NCBI RefSeq assembly: GCF_044236835.1 | Contig: NZ_JBIIGC010000015.1 | Location: forward strand, 17,174-81,173 | Length of the DNA: 64,000 bases | Direction of reading: 5' to 3' | Source of the DNA: Rhodoferax sp. | GTDB taxonomy: Bacteria > Pseudomonadota > Gammaproteobacteria > Burkholderiales > Burkholderiaceae_C | Shown here: positions 8,888 to 17,134 of the stretch, one piece after another | How the letters are laid out: the number at the start of each line of letters is the position of its first letter | Numbering within the stretch: position 1 is the first letter of the stretch | The notes under the pieces: generated by a model | What the model saw: the letters and a program-made list of their open reading frames with translations, nothing else | The model's database searches: none | What the model was told of the DNA's origin: nothing | Translations under genes and position numbers: made by a program

Positions 8888-9754
8888 ATGACCAAAATTT
8901 GCACCATGACAACGCAAACCGATATGCATCCACACGCCCACACGGCCGCCAACTTGCACACGCGCTCGTTCCCTCTGCAAGACGGCCATCCCTTGCCGGC
9001 AACGGCGCTGCGCACACCGCCTGCACCCCAGGGAATCGCGGTGTCCTGGGCGCGCCATCACGACGAAGTGCGCGCCGCCCAGCGCCTGCGCTTTGATGTG
9101 TTTGCAACCGAAATGGGCGCACGCCTAAACACCCCGGTGCCTGGCCACGACATCGACCTGTTTGACAACTACTGCGAGCATCTGCTGGTACGCGACCTGG
9201 CTACCGAGCAAGTGATTGGCACCTACCGCGTGCTCACTCCGGCCCAAGCCCAACGTGTGGGCAGCACCTACAGCGACACCGAGTTCGATTTGACCCGCCT
9301 GCGCTTTCTGCGCGAACGTATGGTGGAGTTGGGCCGCAGCTGTGTGCACCCCCAGCACCGCCATGGCGGGGTCATCATGGCGCTGTGGGGAGCACTTGCG
9401 GAATTCATGCAGCGCAATCAGCTCGACACCATGATCGGCTGTGCCAGCGTGCCCATGCTGCACAACGGCATCGTCAGCGGCGATGTGGCCGCCAGCATCT
9501 GGAGTCAGCTCAAGGCAAGCCACCTCGCCCCCATTGAGTACCACGTGCGCCCGCGCCTGCCGCTGCCAGTGGAGCGGCTCGACGGCAGCTTGCCGGTGGA
9601 GCCGCCGGCGCTGATTCGAGGCTATCTGCGCCTAGGCGCCAAGGTGCTGGGCGCCCCCGCTTGGGACCCCGACTTCAACTCTGCCGACTTGCCCATGCTG
9701 CTGCGCATTAGCGACATGCCCAGCCGCTACCGCAAACACTTTCTGGGGGCGTAA
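8888..9754 (+). CDS. GNAT-fold N-acyltransferase of the OlsB / putative-hemolysin type
   Basis: RLRFDVFATEMGA...DIDLFDNYCEHLLVRD...VIGTYRVLTP resembles lyso-ornithine-lipid synthase-type acyltransferases. The start is uncertain because in-frame ATGs follow shortly after. Confidence 0.7.
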   Translation: MTKICTMTTQTDMHPHAHTAANLHTRSFPLQDGHPLPATALRTPPAPQGIAVSWARHHDEVRAAQRLRFDVFATEMGARLNTPVPGHDIDLFDNYCEHLLVRDLATEQVIGTYRVLTPAQAQRVGSTYSDTEFDLTRLRFLRERMVELGRSCVHPQHRHGGVIMALWGALAEFMQRNQLDTMIGCASVPMLHNGIVSGDVAASIWSQLKASHLAPIEYHVRPRLPLPVERLDGSLPVEPPALIRGYLRLGAKVLGAPAWDPDFNSADLPMLLRISDMPSRYRKHFLGA

Positions 9755-10627
9755 ATGCGTACCACCTTCGATGCCTTGGGCGCTGACTGGAAAGACCAGA
9801 TTACAGACCCTGGCAGCGGAGCGGACGAAGATGCGGGCGGCAGACGCTACCGCGCCATCTTTATCTCTGACATCCACCTGGGGACCGCGGGCTGCCAGGC
9901 CTATCCCTTGCTCGATTTTTTGAAGCACCATGACAGCGACTTTCTGTACCTGGTGGGCGACATCGTGGATGGCTGGCAGCTGCGTCGGCGCTGGTTCTGG
10001 CCACAGGCCCACAACGATGTGGTGCAAAAGCTGTTGCGCCGCGCCCGCAAAGGCTGCCGGGTGGTGTTTGTGCCCGGCAACCACGACGAGTTTGCGCGCA
10101 ACTTTGTCGGACACCAGTTTGGCGGCATCGAAGTGCGCGAAGACACGGTGCACACCACCGCCGATGGCCGCACCTTGTGGGTCACGCATGGCGACTACTT
10201 TGACGGTGTGATCCAGTGTGCGAAGTGGCTGGCTTATTTGGGCGACAACGCCTACGAATTCACCTTGCGGATGAACCGCCATTTCAACCGATTGCGCGCG
10301 CGCTTGGGGCTGCCGTACTGGTCCTTGTCGGCCTACCTCAAAGGCAAGGTCAAGATGGCGCTGAATTACGTCACCGACTTCGAGGTGGCGGTGGCGAACG
10401 AGGCCCGCAACCGCGGCCACGACGGCGTGGTCTGCGGCCACATCCACCGCGCAGAGATGCGCGACATCCAGGGCACGCTGTACTGCAACGATGGCGACTG
10501 GGTCGAAAGCCGCACCGCGCTGGTAGAGCACCAGGACGGCACGCTGGAGCTGGTGTATTGGGACGATGTACTCACTGCGCAAGCCAAAGCGCTCACCCGC
10601 GTGCCGCTGCTGGGCGTGCAGGCTTAA
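9755..10627 (+). CDS. LpxH/YbbF-family calcineurin-like metallophosphoesterase (UDP-2,3-diacylglucosamine diphosphatase-like)
   Basis: FISDIHLG...LVGDIVDGW...VPGNHDE...HGD...GHIH are metallophosphoesterase motifs. The ATG directly abuts the upstream stop (TAAATG). Confidence 0.8.
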   Translation: MRTTFDALGADWKDQITDPGSGADEDAGGRRYRAIFISDIHLGTAGCQAYPLLDFLKHHDSDFLYLVGDIVDGWQLRRRWFWPQAHNDVVQKLLRRARKGCRVVFVPGNHDEFARNFVGHQFGGIEVREDTVHTTADGRTLWVTHGDYFDGVIQCAKWLAYLGDNAYEFTLRMNRHFNRLRARLGLPYWSLSAYLKGKVKMALNYVTDFEVAVANEARNRGHDGVVCGHIHRAEMRDIQGTLYCNDGDWVESRTALVEHQDGTLELVYWDDVLTAQAKALTRVPLLGVQA

Positions 10628-10666
10628 GCCTGACGCAGTTGGCAGGCCGATCACCAGGAACGTCTG

Positions 10667-11671
10667 ATGGAGGCTGCTGCCTACGGTGCCGACGCCTCAG
10701 GCCTTGTGTGTGGATTTCGGTTCACTGCGCGGGGCGATGGTGTGGCCATCTCGACCGAAGAGGCTTTGACATGTGTGGCAACGCCAGCGTCTGACACCGC
10801 TTTTGTATGGCTGCATTTCAACCTGTCACACAGCGCCGCGCTCAAGTGGTTGCAACACAACCTGCGGCTCTCGGATGTGTTTTACGAGTCGCTCAACGAC
10901 GGCTCCCGCTCCACCCGCATCGAGCTTGACGACGACACCTTGGTGGCCGTGGTCAACGACGTGCGATACGACTTTGCCTTTGAGCCCTCGGACATTTCAA
11001 CCCTGTGGCTGTCGGTGGGCCCGCGTTTGGTGGTGAGCGCCCGCTTGCAGCCGCTGCTGGCAATTGACCGGTTGCGCGAGGCGGTCAAACGTGGCTCACG
11101 CTTGCGCACTTCGGTGGCTTTGCTGGTGCACTTGATGCACGACCAAGGCGATGTGTTGGTCAATATTCTGCGCAGTACAAGCGCGCGGGTCGATGACATC
11201 GAAGACAAGCTGTTGGCGGGCCGTCTAGAAACCAAGCGCGCCAATCTGGGGGCCCTGCGCCGCCTGTTGGTGCGCTTGCAGCGCTTACTAGCCCCGGAGC
11301 CGGCCGCGTTGTTTCGCCTGCTGAACACACCGCCGCAGTGGATTGGCGAGGACGACCTGCAAGACCTGCGCCAGTCCACCGAAGAATTCAACGTGACCCT
11401 CAGCGACATGGCGGCTTTGCAAGAGCGCATCAAGCTGCTGCAAGAAGAGATAGCCGCCCGCGTGGCCGAGGCCAACAACCGCAGCCTGTTTGTGCTGACC
11501 ATCGTGACCGTGCTGGCGCTGCCGATCAACATCATTGCCGGCTTGCTGGGCATGAATGTCGGCGGTGTACCGCTGGCCGACAGCGCCTACGGCTTTTGGG
11601 TGGTGGTGGCCATCATTGGCGTGTTCACCCTGGTGGCAGGTTGGATTGCCTACCGGCAGTCGCGCGGGTAG
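10667..11671 (+). CDS. CorA/ZntB-family divalent cation transporter
   Basis: A cytoplasmic domain is followed by two C-terminal TM helices flanking the signature LLGMNVGG. Confidence 0.8.
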   Translation: MEAAAYGADASGLVCGFRFTARGDGVAISTEEALTCVATPASDTAFVWLHFNLSHSAALKWLQHNLRLSDVFYESLNDGSRSTRIELDDDTLVAVVNDVRYDFAFEPSDISTLWLSVGPRLVVSARLQPLLAIDRLREAVKRGSRLRTSVALLVHLMHDQGDVLVNILRSTSARVDDIEDKLLAGRLETKRANLGALRRLLVRLQRLLAPEPAALFRLLNTPPQWIGEDDLQDLRQSTEEFNVTLSDMAALQERIKLLQEEIAARVAEANNRSLFVLTIVTVLALPINIIAGLLGMNVGGVPLADSAYGFWVVVAIIGVFTLVAGWIAYRQSRG

Positions 11672-11679
11672 CGCAGCCC

Positions 11680-13911
11680 TTACCGTAGGTTCTGCAGAGG
11701 GCCTAGGCGCAGAAACTGCGTTTCTCCGTTGGTGCCGTCCACGCCGTCGTTGTCGGTGATAGCGTAGGCGTTGCCAGCGATGTCGATGGCAAAGCTCTCC
11801 ACCTTGTCAAGCACATAGCCCTTGGGCTTTTGCAGATCGGGTACCAAGTTGCGCACCATGCGCTTGCGCACCACCGGAACCCGCGCGTCATCCGGTGCAG
11901 CGGGTGTCAGGCCGGCTACAGAAAACGCCCTGAGCGTTTTGATAGCCGCATCGCCAAACTGGTTGTCGCGCTCGACCACCACGAAGGTGTCGGGGCTGAC
12001 CGCGGTGATTTCAGACAAGCCCACCCAGCCGTCTTTGGCGGCGCTGCTATCGAGCGGGTAATGCAATACGCCCCAAGTCTTGGTAGCCGGTTGGTAGCGC
12101 AGGATCTTGGCATGACCTTTGGGGTCGTTCTTCCATTCGCGTTGCACCGCGATCCACACGGTTTCGTCAGCGCCTGCGCCCACGCGGGTCACGCCTTCAA
12201 AGCCAAATCGCACTGCGTGGCTGGCCAGTGCGGCGGGCAGCTCGATTTCTTCTAGCACTTCGCCCTTGGCGGAGACGCGCAGCAGCAGGTCCTTAAGAGC
12301 ACCGTCCTTGTTGGCAGGGTCACCCTCGGACACCACCCAAAAGCTGCCGTCCGCGCGCTGGGCGATGCCCTCCGCGTCGTAATTGGCAGGTTTGCCGCCC
12401 AGCGTGACTGTGAGTTCTTGGGTGATCAGGGCCGGTGTGAAGCTGGCATCGATTTGCAAGATGCGGGTGGTGGCGTACGCACTGTCAGTTACCGCCCACA
12501 GGCGGCCCGGCCGGGCAATGTCAGCCGAGGTACCGGAGATCGCACCCCAGGCGATGGGTGGTCCAGCCGCCGTGTCGGTGGACATCATCGTGGGGTAACT
12601 GGCAGGTGCGTTGCTGCGTTGGTAAATCATGACCGAGGCGCGGGCAGCGCCATCTGTCTCGGACGCCACCACCAGCAAGTTGCGTTGGGGGATGGCCAGC
12701 AGGCCCTCCGGTCCGGCACCGGCTGGTAGGGCCTGCAAATAGCTTGGTGCTTTGCCGGGTCCCCTGTCCAACCAGACCGTGATCAGCGAGGAGCGCTCCG
12801 AGCCGATGAACAGCAATCGGTCTTTGCCAAACATGCCCACTTCGACGCTCTCGGGCTCGTTACCCTTGGCACCCGAGCGGCGCTCGGGGTAGTGCCCGAG
12901 CCGAATGGCCTCGTGGTCGAGCAAGGCGCCGCTGTCAAATTCGACTGCGCCAGAGGTGTTCATGATGGAAAAGCTGCGTGAGCCGCCCTGGTAGTCGCCC
13001 TCGTTGGCGGTCACAAAACGGCGCGCGTCCAGCCAGGCCACACCATCGGGCTCGCGCAATACGCCGCTCGCAGACTCGGAGGGCTTGATGGTGCCGTCGC
13101 GCTTGAGGTCTACCTCCTTGAGGTTGACGCTGCCCGCCGAAAAGTGGCCCACCACCCGGCGCTTGGCGACATCGACCAGCACGATGTGGTTGTTCTCCTG
13201 CAGCGTCACCACCGCCAGGCCTTGCGCATTGACTTTGACAAACTCGGGTTCAGCGTCGTTAGGCGCAATCTGCGCCAGGCCATCCAGGCCAATGGGATGC
13301 GCGCGCGTGCAATCGGGTACGCCCGACTTCAGGGGCAAGATGGTCAAATTGCCCGCAGGCAATTGCGGCAGCGCGCCCTTGTTGAGGCCCTCGTCACGCT
13401 GGTTTTCCATCACCACCACCAGGTGCTTGGCTCCACTGTCCAACGCCACCGAGTCGGGCTGCCCCTGCAGCTGGCACCGGTCCACCACCTTGCGGCTGGC
13501 CAGATCAATGGTCGCGAGGTGCCCCTCTGGCTGAAAAAACTGCTTGCTGGTGTCCACCGCCACCAGCACCTTGCCACGCACAATCACCAGCGAGGTAGGC
13601 TCCCCATCCAGGCCCACAAAGCCCGCACCCCGGGGGCTGGCGGGGTTGCTGATGTCAATCAGGCCAATACCTTGTTGCTCGCCGTCGGTGTAGGCCAGCA
13701 AGCGTCCGTCCTCGCTGGCCGCCACGATCTCCGCGACCGATTTTTTACTGACGTTGCGCCCCACGGGCACATTGCGGTGCACTTCGAACGTGGCAATGCG
13801 GTTGAAGTTCAGGGTGTCGCTGGCGCGCGCGCTTTGCGCTTGCACAGCGGCGGTGAACTGCAGGCAGGCCAGCGCGATGGCAACGGAAATCTTTGCATTG
13901 AACAACTGCAT
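11680..13911 (-). CDS. Secreted beta-propeller / phytase-like (esterase-like activity of phytase family) phosphoesterase
   Basis: Signal peptide AIALACLQFTAAVQAQS. AAGGA lies 7 nt before ATG 13911. The protein is long (743 aa) and repeat-rich. Its C-terminal half resembles the phytase-like domain (family recalled from memory). Confidence 0.65.
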   Translation of the reverse strand: MQLFNAKISVAIALACLQFTAAVQAQSARASDTLNFNRIATFEVHRNVPVGRNVSKKSVAEIVAASEDGRLLAYTDGEQQGIGLIDISNPASPRGAGFVGLDGEPTSLVIVRGKVLVAVDTSKQFFQPEGHLATIDLASRKVVDRCQLQGQPDSVALDSGAKHLVVVMENQRDEGLNKGALPQLPAGNLTILPLKSGVPDCTRAHPIGLDGLAQIAPNDAEPEFVKVNAQGLAVVTLQENNHIVLVDVAKRRVVGHFSAGSVNLKEVDLKRDGTIKPSESASGVLREPDGVAWLDARRFVTANEGDYQGGSRSFSIMNTSGAVEFDSGALLDHEAIRLGHYPERRSGAKGNEPESVEVGMFGKDRLLFIGSERSSLITVWLDRGPGKAPSYLQALPAGAGPEGLLAIPQRNLLVVASETDGAARASVMIYQRSNAPASYPTMMSTDTAAGPPIAWGAISGTSADIARPGRLWAVTDSAYATTRILQIDASFTPALITQELTVTLGGKPANYDAEGIAQRADGSFWVVSEGDPANKDGALKDLLLRVSAKGEVLEEIELPAALASHAVRFGFEGVTRVGAGADETVWIAVQREWKNDPKGHAKILRYQPATKTWGVLHYPLDSSAAKDGWVGLSEITAVSPDTFVVVERDNQFGDAAIKTLRAFSVAGLTPAAPDDARVPVVRKRMVRNLVPDLQKPKGYVLDKVESFAIDIAGNAYAITDNDGVDGTNGETQFLRLGPLQNLR

Positions 13912-14071
13912 CACGGAGTCCTTGTGGTGTGTGCTGCAGCCCTGGTGGGCTGCATTCCATTGGCATCGTGGCAGTCTGGTGTGTCACTTCTGTGACGGCT
14001 TGGTGCTGCTGGACCAAGGGCGTGACCGGGCGATGGGTCAGGTGTCAGAGCGACGGTAGGCAGGGCCGTGT

Positions 14072-14161
14072 TGGCGGAAGCTGTGAGATTCGAACTCACG
14101 GAGGGGATAAACCCTCGCCGGTTTTCAAGACCGGTGCCTTAAACCGCTCGGCCAAGCTTCC
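14072..14161 (-). tRNA. tRNA-Ser (anticodon UGA), 90 nt with long variable arm and encoded CCA
   Basis: The reverse complement reads GGAAGCTTGGCCGAGCGGTTTAAGGCACCGGTCTTGAAAACCGGCGAGGGTTTATCCCCTCCGTGAGTTCGAATCTCACAGCTTCCGCCA. The acceptor stem GGAAGCT/AGCTTCC, the T-loop GTTCGAATC and the anticodon loop CTTGAAA are all present. Confidence 0.92.
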
Positions 14162-14175
14162 AATGGGGCGCCATT

Positions 14176-15864
14176 CTATCTGGGGCCCAAGGGGGCCGGG
14201 GCGGTGCTGGGCTCGGGTGCGCTGCCGGTGATGCGCACGGTGCTGCGCAGCATCAAGCCACCGGGAAGGCGGCGTTGGTTGCCCAGCAGCACCCGGCGGT
14301 TGCCGGCGCCTGCGCGGGTGCGCAGTTGCAAGGCTTTGGCCTTGAGCAACTCAAAGTCGTTGACCTTGGTGCTGTTGCGTACCAGCAGCTGGTAGGCGTT
14401 GTCGATCAGGCGCACATTGAGCGTGCTTTGGGCGTGGACCAGCAGGGTTTGCACCGCAGTGCTGATGTTGCCTGCACGGCTGTGTGCCATCGCCGACTCG
14501 GCCAACTCCAGCACGGCTGCTTGGGCGTTGCGAATGTGCCGCGCATAGGGCACATGGGCGGCGGCGCAGGCGGCCAGCAGTTCGGTAACAGAGCGGTTGC
14601 TGCAAAAGCGCATACCCAGCGTCTTGACTGCGAGCTCGGCTTCGTAGAAGTGCACGTTGCGCAGTCGCATGTGGGTCAACAGCGCCAGCAGGTTGCCGGC
14701 GCTTTCGTAGTCGAAATCGATGTGGGTGATGTCCTCGGCCATTGTCGGAACGGTTTCGAGCACATTCGCGGTGTCCTGGCGCTGCAGCGCCAGCGCCATG
14801 TCCACGACGCTGGCCAGACGCCGTATGCGCCGGTTCTCGGGGTACTTTTCCAGGAGGCGAACGAAGTCGTCCTGGCAGCGCTGCAGGCCCCTGCGGTCTT
14901 CAATGCCCAAGCGAGAAAGCGCTAGCAACACCACAGTCTGCGGGTCAAACAGCTTGGACTCCAGGCCCACGCGGGTGGCCCGGTCCAGCAGGCGCCTCGC
15001 CTCGCCCTGGTCACCTGCGTAATAGGTCATCATCGCGACGTTTTGCAAGCGGCTTATGGCAGACGGTGTGATCGCTGCGGCTTCTTTGTAAGTCGCCAAG
15101 GCCTTGTCGAATTGCCCCAGCTCAAAGTGGGTGCGGCCCAGCACGTCGTGGGCTTCCACGTAATTGGGGTCTTCTTTGATCAGACTCTCCAGAGCGGTCG
15201 TTGCCTGCCCCAAGCGCCCGGCTTCCAAGTGGGTACGTGCGATGCCCAACTTGGCCCATGGCGCCGGGGTCTCCTGCGCGATGGCTTGGTAGACCGCCAT
15301 GGCGTCGTCGTAGCGCTGCAGGCGCAGCAGCAGCTCAGCGCGCAGCCGCCCGGCGTACAACCAAAACAGGCCACGCGAAGCAAAGCGCTCGGCGCACAAC
15401 TCGCTGGCACGGTCGAACTGCTGTGTATCGATGGCGTTAAAGATGTGCTGCAAAGCCAATTTGCGCATCCGTGCAACTTGCAGCCGCTCGGCCAGTTGGC
15501 TGGCTTTGTGGGGCTTAAGCAGGTAGCCGTCGAGTGCGGACTCTGCCGCCTCTGCCACCTTGGTGTAATTGGCCTCCGAGGTGATCATGATGAACACCGT
15601 TTGGAACGGCAGCAGCTGGCTGTTGCGCAAGTCGTCCAGCAGCTCTTGCCCCGACGCGCTTTCGTCGGCAAAGTGCATTTCGCACAATACAAAGTCAAAG
15701 CGTTGCGTCTCGAGTTTCCTGCGGGCGTCGACCGTGCGCGTGGACTGGACCACGGTTTGCAGGCCCAGGTCGCGCATCTGCGCCACCAAGATCGCGCGTG
15801 AGTTGGGATTGCCATCCACCACCAAGGCGGTGCATTTGGAGATGTCGTCGTCGATGGTGGCCAT
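14176..15864 (-). CDS. Atypical receiver (REC-like) domain fused to a long TPR/helical-repeat region
   Basis: ATG at 15864. The N-terminal approximately 120 aa have receiver topology (LVVDGNP...FDFVLCEMHF...IMITS...YLLKP), but Glu replaces the phospho-acceptor Asp. TPR-like repeats follow. Confidence 0.75.
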   Translation of the reverse strand: MATIDDDISKCTALVVDGNPNSRAILVAQMRDLGLQTVVQSTRTVDARRKLETQRFDFVLCEMHFADESASGQELLDDLRNSQLLPFQTVFIMITSEANYTKVAEAAESALDGYLLKPHKASQLAERLQVARMRKLALQHIFNAIDTQQFDRASELCAERFASRGLFWLYAGRLRAELLLRLQRYDDAMAVYQAIAQETPAPWAKLGIARTHLEAGRLGQATTALESLIKEDPNYVEAHDVLGRTHFELGQFDKALATYKEAAAITPSAISRLQNVAMMTYYAGDQGEARRLLDRATRVGLESKLFDPQTVVLLALSRLGIEDRRGLQRCQDDFVRLLEKYPENRRIRRLASVVDMALALQRQDTANVLETVPTMAEDITHIDFDYESAGNLLALLTHMRLRNVHFYEAELAVKTLGMRFCSNRSVTELLAACAAAHVPYARHIRNAQAAVLELAESAMAHSRAGNISTAVQTLLVHAQSTLNVRLIDNAYQLLVRNSTKVNDFELLKAKALQLRTRAGAGNRRVLLGNQRRLPGGLMLRSTVRITGSAPEPSTAPAPLGPR

Positions 15865-15871
15865 GGTGGGC

Positions 15872-17122
15872 TCAGCGTGGGCTGGGCGGCTGCAGTAAAT
15901 CCAGCAGGCTGCGCGCCACCACTTGGGTGGCACGGCGCAGGTCGGCCAGGTCCAGGCGCTCATCGGCGCGCTTGGCATGCGACTCCAGTACGGTGCGCGG
16001 ACCGGCGCCGTAGATCACGCCCGGAATACCGGCTTCGCAGAAGATGCGTACATCGGTGTACAGCGGTGTGCCCAGCGCGGGAATGGCCTCGCCAAAGACA
16101 GCGCTGGCGTGCTTTTGCAGCGCCTCGACCAGTGGCTTGTTTCCTGGCAGCGGTTTGAGTGCGTTGGCCAGCAAGATGCGTTTGATCTCGACAGTGATAC
16201 CCGGCGTTTGCGCCGCGGCGCGGGCAATCACCTCGCGCAGCGTGGCCTCCACCTGGGATGGGTTTTCCTCGGGGATCATGCGTCGGTCGAGTTTGAAGGT
16301 GACGCGCCCGGGCACCACGTTGGTGTTGGTACCGCCTTCGATACGGCCCACGTTCAGGTAGGGGTGGTTGATGCCTTCGACTTGCGAGCGCACCTGGCGG
16401 TACAGGGTGTTTTGCGCGTAGAGCGCATTCAGGATCGTCACCGCTCCTTGCAGCGCGTCGATGCCTGAGTCGGGGATGGCCGCGTGCGCCATCTTGCCGT
16501 GCACCGTGACCTCCATTTGCAGGCAGCCGTTGTGCGCGGTGATCACCTGGTAGCTAAAGCCGGCGGCAATCAGCAAATCGGGGCGGGTGATTTTCTCGGC
16601 GAGCAGCCACGCTGGTCCCACCTCGCCGCCAAACTCTTCGTCGTAGGTGAACAGCAATTCCACCGCGCCCTGCAGCGGCAGCCCCAAGGACTCCAGCGCG
16701 CGCACCGCAAAGGCGTAGGTGGCGAAGTCGCATTTGCTCACCGCTGCGGCGCGGCCGTAGATCTTGCCGGCTTCAATCTCGCCGCCGTAGGGGTCGTGGG
16801 TCCATCCTTCGCCGGGCGGCACCACATCGCCATGGGCGTTGAGCGCCACCGTGGGGCCATCGCCGTAGCGGCGGCGCACCACCAGGTTGGTCACGCTTTG
16901 CAGTCCGGCAGCTTGCACCAGCGCGGCGGGCACCTGGTGCTTTTCAGCGGGCAGACCCATGGCGCCTAACAATTCGGCGGCGCGCTCGGCGTGCGGTGCG
17001 TTATTGCCGGGTGGCGTGTCAGTGGGAACCTGGATGAGTTGCTGCAAAAACTGCACCTGCTCATCAAAGTGCGCATCGATCCAGGCGTCTAGCTGTTGGT
17101 ACGTTGTAGGTGAAACAGTCAT
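15872..17122 (-). CDS. M20-family ArgE/DapE-type deacylase
   Basis: NAHGDVVPPGEGW...YGRGAA...DEEFGG are M20 metal-binding motifs. It lies 12 nt downstream of the uraD::allC gene. Confidence 0.8.
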   Translation of the reverse strand: MTVSPTTYQQLDAWIDAHFDEQVQFLQQLIQVPTDTPPGNNAPHAERAAELLGAMGLPAEKHQVPAALVQAAGLQSVTNLVVRRRYGDGPTVALNAHGDVVPPGEGWTHDPYGGEIEAGKIYGRAAAVSKCDFATYAFAVRALESLGLPLQGAVELLFTYDEEFGGEVGPAWLLAEKITRPDLLIAAGFSYQVITAHNGCLQMEVTVHGKMAHAAIPDSGIDALQGAVTILNALYAQNTLYRQVRSQVEGINHPYLNVGRIEGGTNTNVVPGRVTFKLDRRMIPEENPSQVEATLREVIARAAAQTPGITVEIKRILLANALKPLPGNKPLVEALQKHASAVFGEAIPALGTPLYTDVRIFCEAGIPGVIYGAGPRTVLESHAKRADERLDLADLRRATQVVARSLLDLLQPPSPR

Positions 17123-17134
17123 TACAAATCGGTC

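Noticed and set aside
13975-14060. Pho-box-like or palindromic elements upstream of the phytase-like gene (TGTCACTTCTGTGACG, GGTCAGGTGTCAG)
   Set aside because: They are short inverted or tandem pentamers only. Orientation and spacing do not fit the 7+4+7 direct-repeat architecture well enough to call.
13912-14175. The tRNA-Ser gene as a possible integration hotspot for a genomic island or prophage
   Set aside because: There is no integrase, no direct repeat of the tRNA 3' end and no compositional break on either side within the window.
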